64,000 bases of DNA from Naegleria gruberi (taxonomy: Eukaryota). A program made the position numbers and the translations under genes. This document shows positions 35,731-46,370 of this stretch, piece after piece. How positions within the stretch are numbered: position 1 is the stretch's first letter; each line of letters begins with the position of its first letter. The notes below the pieces were generated by a model. The model was given only the letters and a program-made list of their open reading frames with translations. It had not been told where the DNA came from and searched no databases. The stretch is taken from the NCBI GenBank assembly GCA_000004985.1, contig GG738871.1; one strand, given 5' to 3'.

Positions 35731-37367
35731 ATGTTCGAAAGAGTTGATGAGAATATTAATGCTTTTTCTTGGCGTCAACAGGCTGAGTATTTTAAAGTGT
35801 TTGTTCCTCTTCCGAATCCAAACCTTAAATCCAAGGATTTAATTGTAGATATTTCATCAAAACATATTAGAGCAAGCATAAGGGGAGGTGCTGTTTTTGT
35901 TGATGTACGTTAATTTAAAATGTTTTGAAAAAACTAAACCGAAACTATCGGAAATGTTATTTGTTATTATAGATTGATTTGGCAATAGAGATTGTACCAA
36001 CTGATAATGATTGGACATTAAAAAGAGGACACATTGTTTTTAAATTAACAAAACAATCTCCTATCGATCTTAAATTCTCCTTCTATTCACCAATACAATT
36101 TTCTAATGAAGAATGCACAGAATTTAAAGATCAACCTGCTCCACTTCAAAATGAAACAAAGAGTGATTATTTCAATTTGGTCCGTAGTGATATTATTGAT
36201 TGTCATGCAAAATATGTAACAATGTGTGAGGAGTTTGAAAAGTCAACATATCCACAGGACATGGATGAACAAACCAGAGAACAAAAAGCAGAGGAATTAT
36301 TTAAAATTGCAACAAAGGAAGAGGAAGATACAGATAACCTTTTGGAAGTTTTTAATATGTATAGGGAAGCAGCAGATTTAGGACATGGGCCTTCTAGAGA
36401 AAAATTTGCAAGACTTTGTCTTATTGATGAAAATAATGAATTCGGAATTGATTCATCTCCTGAATTAGCATTTAATTATATGAAAAAGGCAGCTATTGAA
36501 AATGGTTCTCATACAGCCTTATTCCAACTCGGAAATTACTTTATGAAGGGAATAGGAACAGAAAAGAATTATGAAAATGCTTTAATTTGTTTTGTTGAGC
36601 ATACAATTATTGACGGAAATCCAACATCAATGTTTAATATTGGAGTTCTTTATCATGAAGGAGGTTCGGGTGGAAATGGACAATCATTCAAAAAGGATTA
36701 TAAAAAAGCATACGTGTGGTGGAAAATTGCATTAAACCGTGGTCATGCATTATCAGCTTACAATATTGGAATTTTATTAAAAAGTGGAGATGGAGTTGAT
36801 AAGAGCTTAGTGAAAGCATTTCAATATTTTAAACTTGCCAATTTCATGAGTGAAAAAATTCAAATTCCAACTGATGTTCTAATTGCAATTCAAGAACAAC
36901 AATTTAATGTATTTAAAGGAGAAGAAGAAATAGAACATGATTCCCCAACAGATAGCAATCAAATAGACGAGAATGAAGAAACTAGAAATATGGATTTCAT
37001 GGATGAAAAGCCATTTAAAGAATTGGAAAAGAACCTAGTTTCAGAAGAGGAAGAAGATGAGGAATACGTCGATGAAGAACTAGATATTACCTCTAAATCA
37101 AGTCAAAGAAGTAGATCACCATTCAATCCACAAAGCCAAGATGCAACTCTTGAACAAGATAATGAGGACATGGAAGAAATTCTAAGACAATTATCAGAAA
37201 GTAATGGAAAAGTTTCTCCAAAAACAACATCAAGGAATAATAATGAAACAACTACTTCAACCAATCCTGAACCAAGCATTGGGTGGAAGGTAGCAGAATA
37301 TGCTCTGACAATAGGTGCTGTTATTGGAATGGGCTTTTTACTAAAGAAATCCACAGAATTTCACTAA
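35731..37367 (+). CDS. Protein with a CS (p23-like) domain, SEL1 repeats and a C-terminal TM. join(35731..35904,35973..37367).
   Basis: A CS-like N-terminus is split by a 68-nt GTACGT...AG intron. There are multiple Sel1 repeats (e.g. KAYVWWKIALNRGHALSAYNIGILLKSG), an acidic region and a terminal hydrophobic helix LTIGAVIGMGFLL. Confidence 0.55.
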
Positions 37368-37572
37368 ACTAAAAACTGAGGGACTTTGAAAGGACAACAA
37401 CAAGGCACACATTTTTGAAAGAAGAGTATCTTCTGATTATCAGGCTATATTCTACACAATAAATTTTACCATTAATATTATCCAGTCATTGGACATAAGT
37501 CCTGGAAATTCATCAACATGCTTTCGTGTTATTTGTTTTTCGATCATTTACAAAAAAAATAGCAACACCAGA

Positions 37573-39372
37573 ATGTCTTCTTCCCTTCTCTCATCAAATA
37601 AAAACACCATTTCCTTGTACGATTGTAATGATGATGGAGAGGATGTACTCTACAATATGATCAGACAAAACAAACCAAAAGAATTTTACAAATTATTATT
37701 CTATCATGCAGTACAAACAAATTTTAAATATTCAGCTGCCATCAGTTATTTAAAACAATTAATTAAATTATTAAATAATAATACTATATTTACTAAACCT
37801 ACTACGCCTAGTAAAAGTGCACCATCGGAAAATGATGTTTTTGACCAAACAATGAATTTGGAGAAGATAATCTATTTGAATAGGAATATTACTTTTGACT
37901 TTAAAGTTAAAAATTTGAATTTTCTAAATAGTATTGTGTATTTCCTATTTTTAAATTATTATAGTAAAACAGCATTGATCTTGTTTTTGGAAGCAATTAT
38001 GGAAAGTATTGAAAAACATAAACATACTAGTGTTGATTATTTAATTATTGGTCAAGGATTAAGAACAAATTATCAAAATAAGAAGGCAAAATATTATTTC
38101 AAGTTGTCACACCAATTAGACAAACTAAACTTTATATTGTACTTGTATTTATCAAATGTGAATAGATCTAAGGGTTATAGTATTTATCAGAATAGATATA
38201 TTGAACTTGGATTATTCAAAATATCACAAGAGATTAGACTGATTGAACAATATAAAAATAGTGGAGACTATTTACAAAATTATATAATTAATCAATACGA
38301 AAAACAATTGAATGAGATATACAATATTCTATACTTAAACAAGTGTGTAAATCTTAAAACTGAGCCCTTGTCAAAGGTTATGGAAATATCTCACAAGTTA
38401 GTTTTTCAATCCAATGACTCATATCTTGCATGGTTTTATATTGCATTCTTTTATGGATTTGAAATATGGGATTTGATTAAACCAACTGATGGACATGATG
38501 ATATCAAGGATGTACCACTTACTGATGGAAATGTTACTCTGAAGGGTATTTCTGATATTCAAAATATATCAGAAATTTATGAAATTTCATTGTATTATTT
38601 TAGAAAGTCCTTCAAACATTTATATTATCCACATGCAGACATTTATTTACCACTTATCTTTGAAAATATTGGTATGATTTATGAGAATGATGATAATTTC
38701 GAAAAAGCAGCCAAATATTACAACAGTGCATGTGTTATTGGAGAACAAACACAACATTATTGGGCTTTTTCTTCTCGTCTTTCATTCAACATTTATAGAA
38801 TTAATAACTTTGCACATGCCTATTATGATGCAGTAGTTATATTGGAAAATTGTATATTAAACAGACCAATAGAAGACATGTCATTTGCATCTCATCACTT
38901 ACTTAAATTATTGGAGTGTTTCTTAACTATTGCAAATGTTGAGGATGTCAAGAAGGTTATAAAATCAACCAGAGAACCACTCAATATTTTGGATATGGTT
39001 AATAATATACAAATAGAAGAGCATGAATTGGACGATGAAAATATCTTGATTAAGAAATATCCAAATTTAATGGTTTATTCACCTCCAAACATTACTGGTA
39101 CTGCCAATATTTCTAGTGAGGAAGATATTTATAAGATATTGAGTAATATCAAGGCAAATGAATATTTTTTGAGAATTCCATTGTATAGCACCAGAAGTAG
39201 ATTAACTGAACAAGAAAAAGTTAAAATAATTCAAGATTGTAAATATATTGAATCAGAGGAATTGGAATGGTTTATTTCAGAAGATGCCGACTTTAGAGAT
39301 GTCAATGATAATATCAGGAAGGAATATAGTGAATGGCTTTACCATTCACAGAAAACGAACAGATCTAATTAA
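37573..39372 (+). CDS. Hypothetical N/Y-rich helical (possibly TPR-like) protein.
   Basis: Long ORF with first ATG at 37573. The ORF track starts at a TTG. No family recognised. Confidence 0.4.
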   Translation: MSSSLLSSNKNTISLYDCNDDGEDVLYNMIRQNKPKEFYKLLFYHAVQTNFKYSAAISYLKQLIKLLNNNTIFTKPTTPSKSAPSENDVFDQTMNLEKIIYLNRNITFDFKVKNLNFLNSIVYFLFLNYYSKTALILFLEAIMESIEKHKHTSVDYLIIGQGLRTNYQNKKAKYYFKLSHQLDKLNFILYLYLSNVNRSKGYSIYQNRYIELGLFKISQEIRLIEQYKNSGDYLQNYIINQYEKQLNEIYNILYLNKCVNLKTEPLSKVMEISHKLVFQSNDSYLAWFYIAFFYGFEIWDLIKPTDGHDDIKDVPLTDGNVTLKGISDIQNISEIYEISLYYFRKSFKHLYYPHADIYLPLIFENIGMIYENDDNFEKAAKYYNSACVIGEQTQHYWAFSSRLSFNIYRINNFAHAYYDAVVILENCILNRPIEDMSFASHHLLKLLECFLTIANVEDVKKVIKSTREPLNILDMVNNIQIEEHELDDENILIKKYPNLMVYSPPNITGTANISSEEDIYKILSNIKANEYFLRIPLYSTRSRLTEQEKVKIIQDCKYIESEELEWFISEDADFRDVNDNIRKEYSEWLYHSQKTNRSN

Positions 39373-39384
39373 AAATTACACAAT

Positions 39385-40716
39385 TTACTTTTTTTTCTTG
39401 AAAACATAGTGAACAAACAACATTTGATCTTGAATTTCCTTCTCAAGAACTTCAAATAAAGAGCTAGGCAAATTGATTTCATTCATATCTGATCTAACAT
39501 TAAGAGTATTGTTAATTTCATCGAGTGTAGAGCAAATATAATTCTTTGCAGAGCTGTCAATCACACTACTTGTAGATTCTTGCATATCACCAAGAATTTC
39601 GAATGCAATTTCAATCTTGGTTTTCTCCAATTTTTGAGTTTCGTCAATGACAGTTGAACCCTTCTTTGGAAGCTTTGCAATGAGTTCACAACATTCCCTG
39701 TAAAAGATACATTTCTCCAATACACTATACTGTTCACCCATATTATTCTTTTCACAATGTTCTCTGAAAAGTTGTCTCTTTGTTGGATCTTTCATTGTTT
39801 CTGCTAATAATTGTGAGTTGAGTGATTGAAGTGTATTCTTTGCTAATCCATCCTTTCTAACCATCATTATAAACACAACTATAGTCACTGGAATAATGAT
39901 AATCAATGAAATTGAAATAATTATCAAATTTGCAATACTTGATCTCACAACATAATCATCGAGAAATTGACCAACTGAAGTAACCGATTGATGAAACTTT
40001 TCATACTGAGCATTCCAATCATTGAGTGCAGCTTGATACTCTGCCGAATAAAACAAACTCTGAGCTAGTTCAAATTGATTGTTTTTCGTATAATTCATCA
40101 ACATTTCATAATAGGGAAACATTGGAACATTCGAAGTCGAATCAGTTCCATTCAATATAGTCCACTTGAACCCAGTTGGCAAATTAGTTAAGATATTCTT
40201 GAAAGAGTTCTTGAAATTCTTGAGATTTGACGTAAATCTCGAATTGGTGGAATTATCTCTTCCAAGCACTGACCACTTCATCGTATCCCATAAAACTGTA
40301 TTGAAATACTTGGCATCACCACGAGCTATGAGAATTTCAATAGAAGTATTATTGGAAGTCAAATAGGTATTGATTGTGAGGCCAATCAAGGCAAAGAATG
40401 CAATAATATTGAAAAATAAACTTCCCAATGTAATAATTCTGAAATAGTTACATGATCTTTTCAATTTTTTAGTGTTTTGGGAAACTATCATGGGAAGCTG
40501 GTTGTTATTGGTGGAGGAAGATTGGATTTTAGACATGTCAGCTGTTGTGGTGTCCAAAGTTTTGGGAGATGTTGGATCAAAGTTTGCTTCATCTTTTAAT
40601 TCAATTGCTTCATAGTCCATTTCGTCTACTGCCACACAACTGGCATTGTCATCATTGTCTTGTTGAGTTGTGTCATCTTGATTGTGTTGTGGAGATTCTT
40701 CCATTTCCTGAGACAT
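39385..40716 (-). CDS. Two-TM receptor-like protein with a C-terminal cytoplasmic RGS-like domain (paralog A).
   Basis: TM1 LGSLFFNIIAFFALIGL, an extracellular domain containing LIARGDA, TM2 LIIISISLIIIIPVTIVVFIMMV, then DPTKRQLFREHCEKNNMGEQYSVLEKC resembling the RGS N-terminus (DPxGRxLFREFLxSEFSEENLxF). Confidence 0.55.
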   Translation of the reverse strand: MSQEMEESPQHNQDDTTQQDNDDNASCVAVDEMDYEAIELKDEANFDPTSPKTLDTTTADMSKIQSSSTNNNQLPMIVSQNTKKLKRSCNYFRIITLGSLFFNIIAFFALIGLTINTYLTSNNTSIEILIARGDAKYFNTVLWDTMKWSVLGRDNSTNSRFTSNLKNFKNSFKNILTNLPTGFKWTILNGTDSTSNVPMFPYYEMLMNYTKNNQFELAQSLFYSAEYQAALNDWNAQYEKFHQSVTSVGQFLDDYVVRSSIANLIIISISLIIIIPVTIVVFIMMVRKDGLAKNTLQSLNSQLLAETMKDPTKRQLFREHCEKNNMGEQYSVLEKCIFYRECCELIAKLPKKGSTVIDETQKLEKTKIEIAFEILGDMQESTSSVIDSSAKNYICSTLDEINNTLNVRSDMNEINLPSSLFEVLEKEIQDQMLFVHYVFKKKK

Positions 40717-41012
40717 ATTTTTTTAAAGTTATTCGAAAGGGCTTTTATTAATATTAATGAATGACTTGTGGATGTAAACACCCAGAAATGTGCATGATTA
40801 TTTCTGTCATCACTTGCCATTAAGAGAAAGCACCTTACTTTGATGTTTTTTATTACGCTCGATAGTTTCGTATGAAATCTTAATTTGTATCTGCACTGTC
40901 TTTAGTTTGCCCATTTTTCTGACACTTTGATAACATCAAGGGCTTTAGATTCTTCACATCTCCCACAATTGACCATTTCATTGCATCTCAAAAAAAAAAC
41001 AAATCAAAAAGA

Positions 41013-42155
41013 ATGGCTCAAACTATTGGCGGGAAATCTGCAGCTGCTTTCACACAAACCTCCAGAACATCAAAATTTAGTAAAGGAACAATTTCTTCAT
41101 TGAGTTTTAAAATTCGATTGTGTTGTGGGGTTTTAGAACTTGACTGCATGCGATTACTGTCTCTAATTAGTTTATTTATTAACATTTCAGCATTTATTAT
41201 TGTTGCTGGTGTAACCATTGACATGTTTTCGATAACTAATCAATCCTATTCGAAAGTATTAATTGCGAGGGGAGATGCTTTAAATTCAAATGAACTAATG
41301 ATTGATATTGTAAGAGTTGGAGCATTATCCAGAAATAATTCAGAGATTGACAAGTGGTATTCGTATAGAGATCAGACAATTGAGGCATTGAATCGATTTT
41401 TCAAATATGTTGATCCATCTGTCAATACTACAAATTTCAATTCTGGAAGTAGAAATGGACGAGACATGTATACGATTCCATTGATGGAGGAAATTATTTC
41501 ACACCTGAAAAATCAACAATACGAAAGTGCACTAACTTTGTATCAGGGATTTACTTATCAGAATTTAACTGCCACCTGGTTTAAACAACAATCGGCTGTG
41601 TTTAATTTGGTAAAAACAGAAGGAAGAGGACAAGATGATTTAGTTTTGAATTCGTCTACTTCAAATTTGGTGGTGGTTAGTGTTTGTCTTGCAATTGTTA
41701 TTCCAATTGTTGTTCTAATGACTTGTTTGAATATTCGAAGGGAATCAACCATATCCGAAACTCTTCATAATTCTAGAGCTATTCAATTATTGGATACAAT
41801 GAATGATCCAATGTATTCTAAATTCTTCAAACAAGCATGTGTTTCAGAGAAAATGTTGGATTCGTACATGTTACTTTCTCAAATTCTGGAATTTAATCAA
41901 ATTCAAGACGAAACTGAGCAGAGAAATAAGGCTCAGTATATTTATCAAACCTATCTTGCAACTACAAGAAGGGTTCCATTCAAGTTTGTAAGCAAAACAC
42001 TAATTGCCAACATTTACAAGGATTTACAGGAATCATCATTGCCAGAAAAGGCAATTCGAGTCAGTGTGTTTAGAGAACTTGAGGCGTGCATTTGTGAGGA
42101 ATTAATTCCGGTTCATAGGATGTTTATGAAGACAATTAAGGATACTGGTAAATAA
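41013..42155 (+). CDS. Two-TM receptor-like protein with a C-terminal RGS-like domain (paralog B), head-to-head with paralog A.
   Basis: It has the same architecture and shared motifs as A (LIARGDAL..., second TM LVVVSVCLAIVIPIVVL, DPMYSKFFKQACVSEKML...AQYIYQTYL). Sequence is diverged but collinear with 39385-40716. Confidence 0.55.
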   Translation: MAQTIGGKSAAAFTQTSRTSKFSKGTISSLSFKIRLCCGVLELDCMRLLSLISLFINISAFIIVAGVTIDMFSITNQSYSKVLIARGDALNSNELMIDIVRVGALSRNNSEIDKWYSYRDQTIEALNRFFKYVDPSVNTTNFNSGSRNGRDMYTIPLMEEIISHLKNQQYESALTLYQGFTYQNLTATWFKQQSAVFNLVKTEGRGQDDLVLNSSTSNLVVVSVCLAIVIPIVVLMTCLNIRRESTISETLHNSRAIQLLDTMNDPMYSKFFKQACVSEKMLDSYMLLSQILEFNQIQDETEQRNKAQYIYQTYLATTRRVPFKFVSKTLIANIYKDLQESSLPEKAIRVSVFRELEACICEELIPVHRMFMKTIKDTGK

Positions 42156-42232
42156 TCTTGTAAAAACTCCATTCACTCGTTTTGGTTTTATTACTTTCTT
42201 TTATGGTATTATACTTTTTTGGTAACTAGTTA

Positions 42233-43389
42233 TCACTTGAAATTGAAAACCATATCAGTCAACCGCCTGTCTGTTTTCATTCGTGACATTTTTTGAGTTG
42301 AAAACTTTTTATGGATTGGCAATGGGAGAATAAACGTCTTGTCAACTGAAATGGTTTCTGAAATACTTTCACTATCCGTATTAAATCCAACAATTAATCC
42401 TCGATTCAACAAACAAAAGTGAAGATTTCTTGATAAAGCTAAAAATTTCAAGAATTTTGCTCCTTTCAAGTTTTCAAACTTGTTCTCCAAGCTTTGAATT
42501 GAGATTTCTTGAATGCGTCGATCTTCATCTTGTGAGCAAGTGATTAGTTCAGATTCAGTCAATATAAGAACATGATATCTCATTTCACTAAAGCCAATTG
42601 CTATTACTATTTCACATTGATCAATTAGAATGCATAAGAACAAACCTCCTTACCTTCTTCTTTTGGATTCTTATATTCTATTGGCTTTGTGAAAAATGAA
42701 ATATTTGTTAAAACCATTCCTTCATGTTGGTTTTCTTTAACAGTAAATGTAGTTAATCCAGCTGATGATATGGCATGGAGTTTTGCATCCAAGGACCAAC
42801 AATCCAAACATTTGACATCTGGCATGGTTTTAAAAATTGACATACCCTTCCCGGTCCATGCTATGCAGAAAAGAAGGGACATTCTTGGACAGGTCACAAA
42901 TTTCACTTTGCCCACACGTTCTCGATACTCTTGAGGAAGGAGGTCTATAAGTGACAAGTCTCCTCTATGTGTTATTGTAAATTGATCTCCAAGTCTTATT
43001 ACTACAACTCTTCCACTCTCCATAATCACTAACAATGTGTGCTGGTAAGTATTCAGAAGAACTTTACAAATATTTCCACAATTCGAAACATGACTTGATA
43101 AATCTGCAAATATCTTCAAATCACTATTTGCAACGACTTTCAATTCATTTCTACTCCAAGAAATCACGAAATCTGAATTATATTCCAAAAAACCAAACAC
43201 TTTATCGGAATGTATCTGTTCAATATAAAGATTATATTTTAAATTTTCTAATTGACCAGAAATATTGTGGCAAGCAATACACGATACTGAACCATCTTCA
43301 TGTCCAATAAATAAATAACAATTTTTATCATCTGTTATTTTAGTGGCAAAGAATTGAGTGATTGGAGAGTGTGGTGGTGATTCGAACAT
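42233..43389 (-). CDS. Hypothetical protein. complement(join(42233..42606,42654..43389)).
   Basis: Two ORFs joined at phase 1 by a 47-nt GTAAGG...TTCTAATTG...AG intron. No confident family; it may be longin or beta-propeller-like. Confidence 0.45.
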
Positions 43390-43432
43390 TTTTTAACAAA
43401 TCATCTTCCAGTACAACCAATCATGAACAAGC

Positions 43433-44015
43433 TTATTGGTTATTATTGGCTACATTTCCTCCATTTTGAACTGCCAACATATTGATGTAGTTAATGTAAT
43501 TGATTTTTCCTGTATTTTCTGGGTCAACATTAGCAAGCAATTCGGTTGCTTCCTGTAGAGTGATTGGGTTGTCTCCATAAGTTGTCAGAGCATGTTCCAA
43601 AGTTTTGGTTCTTACTACACCATAAGGGCAATCCTCGGTTTCAAAAGTTTTAAATGCATTAATATATTGATCAACTGTGTATTGTGATTGAACACTTCTC
43701 GACATGACAGCAACAAATTCCTCAAAATCAATAGCTCCTGAATTATCAGCATCACTATCAACATAATAAATAAAATAATAATAAGGAAACCTACGCTTCC
43801 TTCATCATTTCCTGAATTTCTTCCTCCGAAGGCTTCAATCCCAATGTTCTCATTAATGTACCTAATTCTTCCTGTTCGATTGATCCACCTCCATCTCTAT
43901 CGACAAGTTGAAAAATTTCTCTATATCTTCTTACATCTTCGTCCGAAACTTGATGACCAAGCACCGTTGATTCAGCTTTTGAAGTTGGTGCAATGTAGCT
44001 TTGTTTTTTCTTCAT
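43433..44015 (-). CDS. Calmodulin-like EF-hand protein. complement(join(43433..43754,43795..44015)).
   Basis: EF-hand loops DRDGGGSIEQEE and DADNSGAIDFEEF are joined across a 40-nt GTAGGT intron. An E2F-like site lies about 32 bp upstream of the ATG at 44015. Confidence 0.7.
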
Positions 44016-44045
44016 TTTTTTTCTAATTTTATTTCTGTAATTTGA

Positions 44046-44058
44046 ATGGCGCCAAAAC
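44046..44058. promoter_or_regulatory. E2F-like element ATGGCGCCAAAAC (GGCGCC 44048-44053) upstream of the minus-strand calmodulin-like gene.
   Basis: Same GGCGCC+A-run core as the other copies. Confidence 0.5.
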
Positions 44059-44141
44059 TCCCATATTCTTAATATTTTCTTTAGCAATACTTGTATTTAC
44101 AAAATTTTCGTTAGTGATTATTTATTAAATACTCGGTTAAT

Positions 44142-45809
44142 TTACTTGAAGAGCTTTTCGAAGGTTTCGAAACCACCAGCAAGATTCTTAACATTTTCCA
44201 AACCATTTTCGTTCAAAATTCTTTGGGCCATATATCCTCTCATACCAATTTTACAATATGTTACAATAGTCTTATCCTTTGGAAGTTCAGAAATCTTTTC
44301 TCTCAATTGTTCAATTGGGATATGGATAGCACCTTCAAAGTGACCAGATTGGAATTCTCTTGGAGTTCTAACGTCAACCAAAGCATATTGATCTCTGTTA
44401 GCCAAAACTTCTGGAATGTGAACCATTCTTTGTTCACCTCGCAAGAGACCACTAGCAATGAAGCCAATCATGTTGACTGGATCCTTAGCAGAACCATATT
44501 GTGGTGAGTAGGCAAGTTCTGATTCTTCCAAATCAAAGACAGTCATACCACCTTGAATAGCCATGGCGATAGCATTAATTCTATTGGCAATACCATTGTG
44601 TTCACCAACAATTTGAGCACCCAAAATCTTACCATAATTTTCCTTAGAAGTGTCGAAAATCAATTTGAGAATCATTCTCTTAGCACCTGGATAATAACCA
44701 GCATGGTCATTGACAGGAGTGTAAACCTTTTCATAAGTTGTGTATCCAACTCTTTGGAGACTCTTTTCACTGGCACCAGTACCAGCAATAGTATAGTTGA
44801 AACCACCCATAATACTTGTACCTTGGGCACCTCTGAATGAATCTGGAGTCTTACCAAACATATGGTTGACTGCAATTCTTCCTTGTCTGTTAGCAATACC
44901 TGCCAATGGAATTTGAGTCCTATTCTTCAAAACGAAATCTTCAATTTCAGTGTTGTCACCACAAGCATAAATATCAGGATCAGAAGTTTGACAGTTTTCA
45001 TTAATTACAATACCACCTCTTGGACCAACCTTCAAACCAGATTCGACAGCCAATTTGTTTTCTGGCTTAACACCAACAGATAAAAGGACGAAATCAGCAT
45101 TAACAACCTTTCCACTTTCAAGATGAACATTAACAGTTCCATTTTCACCTTCTCCGAATTTAACACACTTTTCTTTCAATAATAAATTAACACCACTAGC
45201 CTTATAATCTTCCATCAATGGTTGAACCATTTCCTTATCCATTGGTGGCATAATTTGATCCAATAATTCAATAATGCTGACATTGACACCAGCATGAGTG
45301 ATAGCTTCAGCAACTTCACATCCAATGAAACCACCTCCGATGATAACACCCTTCTTTCCTGGAACAATGTGTTGCTTAATCTTGTCCATATCTTCCAATG
45401 AACGTAAAATGTGAATAAGTGGATTATTAATACCTTCCCATGGTGGAATAATTGGTTCAGCACCAGTTGAAAGAACTAGCTTATCATAATTTTCGGAATA
45501 TTCAGATTCCTTAGCCTTGCAAATAACTTGCTTGTTGGCTCTATCGATTTTGATGACTTCAGTTTCAACTCTGACATCAATGTTGTATCTTTTTTTTAAA
45601 GTATCAACTCCGGTAACAATCAAACTGTCTCTGGAAGCAATTTGACCACCAAGAAAATATGGCATACCACAGTTAGCAAATGAAGGATTCTTTCCCTTTT
45701 CGAACAAGACAATAGAAACCTTTTCGCAAATTCTTCTAAGTCTAGTGGCAGCAGAAGCACCTCCAGCGACACCACCAACAACTACAACTTTGTGAATCAA
45801 TGATGACAT
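44142..45809 (-). CDS. Bacterial-type CoA-disulfide reductase / NAD(P)H persulfide reductase with a fused C-terminal rhodanese domain (CoADR-RHD). Intronless.
   Basis: N-terminal FAD fold VVVVGGVAGG. Redox Cys in SFANCGMPY, as in CoADR SFANCALPY. A second NAD(P)-binding GxGxxG. C-terminal rhodanese with active-site loop YCKIGMRG. Length (555 aa) and domain order match prokaryotic CoADR-RHD proteins. Confidence 0.85.
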   Translation of the reverse strand: MSSLIHKVVVVGGVAGGASAATRLRRICEKVSIVLFEKGKNPSFANCGMPYFLGGQIASRDSLIVTGVDTLKKRYNIDVRVETEVIKIDRANKQVICKAKESEYSENYDKLVLSTGAEPIIPPWEGINNPLIHILRSLEDMDKIKQHIVPGKKGVIIGGGFIGCEVAEAITHAGVNVSIIELLDQIMPPMDKEMVQPLMEDYKASGVNLLLKEKCVKFGEGENGTVNVHLESGKVVNADFVLLSVGVKPENKLAVESGLKVGPRGGIVINENCQTSDPDIYACGDNTEIEDFVLKNRTQIPLAGIANRQGRIAVNHMFGKTPDSFRGAQGTSIMGGFNYTIAGTGASEKSLQRVGYTTYEKVYTPVNDHAGYYPGAKRMILKLIFDTSKENYGKILGAQIVGEHNGIANRINAIAMAIQGGMTVFDLEESELAYSPQYGSAKDPVNMIGFIASGLLRGEQRMVHIPEVLANRDQYALVDVRTPREFQSGHFEGAIHIPIEQLREKISELPKDKTIVTYCKIGMRGYMAQRILNENGLENVKNLAGGFETFEKLFK

Positions 45810-46128
45810 TTTGAGCTATTTTGTTTGTATAATTTTTGGGTAGAGTTGTATGATGCTTGTTGGCTATTTATTCAAACCATGACGAGGCCACTTGGAGAAC
45901 TAAAAAGGTGAAATTAGTGTCGGCGAAAAATATTGGGGCCGAAATGTTGAACGTAATGATGGGAGAGAAGGCACAATTGCCTGGTTTCTCCATTACTCAA
46001 AAGACACCTCAAGACAAGGATGGAAATTACATGTATCTTGAGTTGTCTGGATAATAAAATGACAAACATTTTTTTAATTGAAAAAACCACAATAAATTAA
46101 GCATCACATGGAGGGAAAGAGCAAGACA

Positions 46129-46285
46129 CTCTTACCTTGCATGAATAGTTAGATTTTTGTTACGTTAATCACTCCTGGGTACTACTCTCGAATATCATCT
46201 TTAATGATACAAGACACGGACTTGGGATAATAATTTGGAATGCTCCTACGGCTGTATGTGACCGAAATCGGATACAGTGATTCAT
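46129..46285 (+). ncRNA. Candidate spliceosomal snRNA (U1-like).
   Basis: In a roughly 550-bp stretch with no convincing ORF: ACTCTTACCTTGC resembles the U1 5' end AUACUUACCUG, AATCACTCC resembles U1 loop I (GAUCACGAAGG), ATAATTTGGAA is Sm-site-like (cf. human AUAAUUUGUGG), and there is a terminal hairpin CTGTATGTGACCGAAATCGGATACAG followed by T-runs. Speculative. Confidence 0.25.
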
Positions 46286-46370
46286 ATGCGTCCCAAATCT
46301 TTCTGGTTTTTCTTTTGGTTCTGTTGTAAAAGATTTAACTGTTTGAGTTTTGGATTCTAAAGTTTTAATT

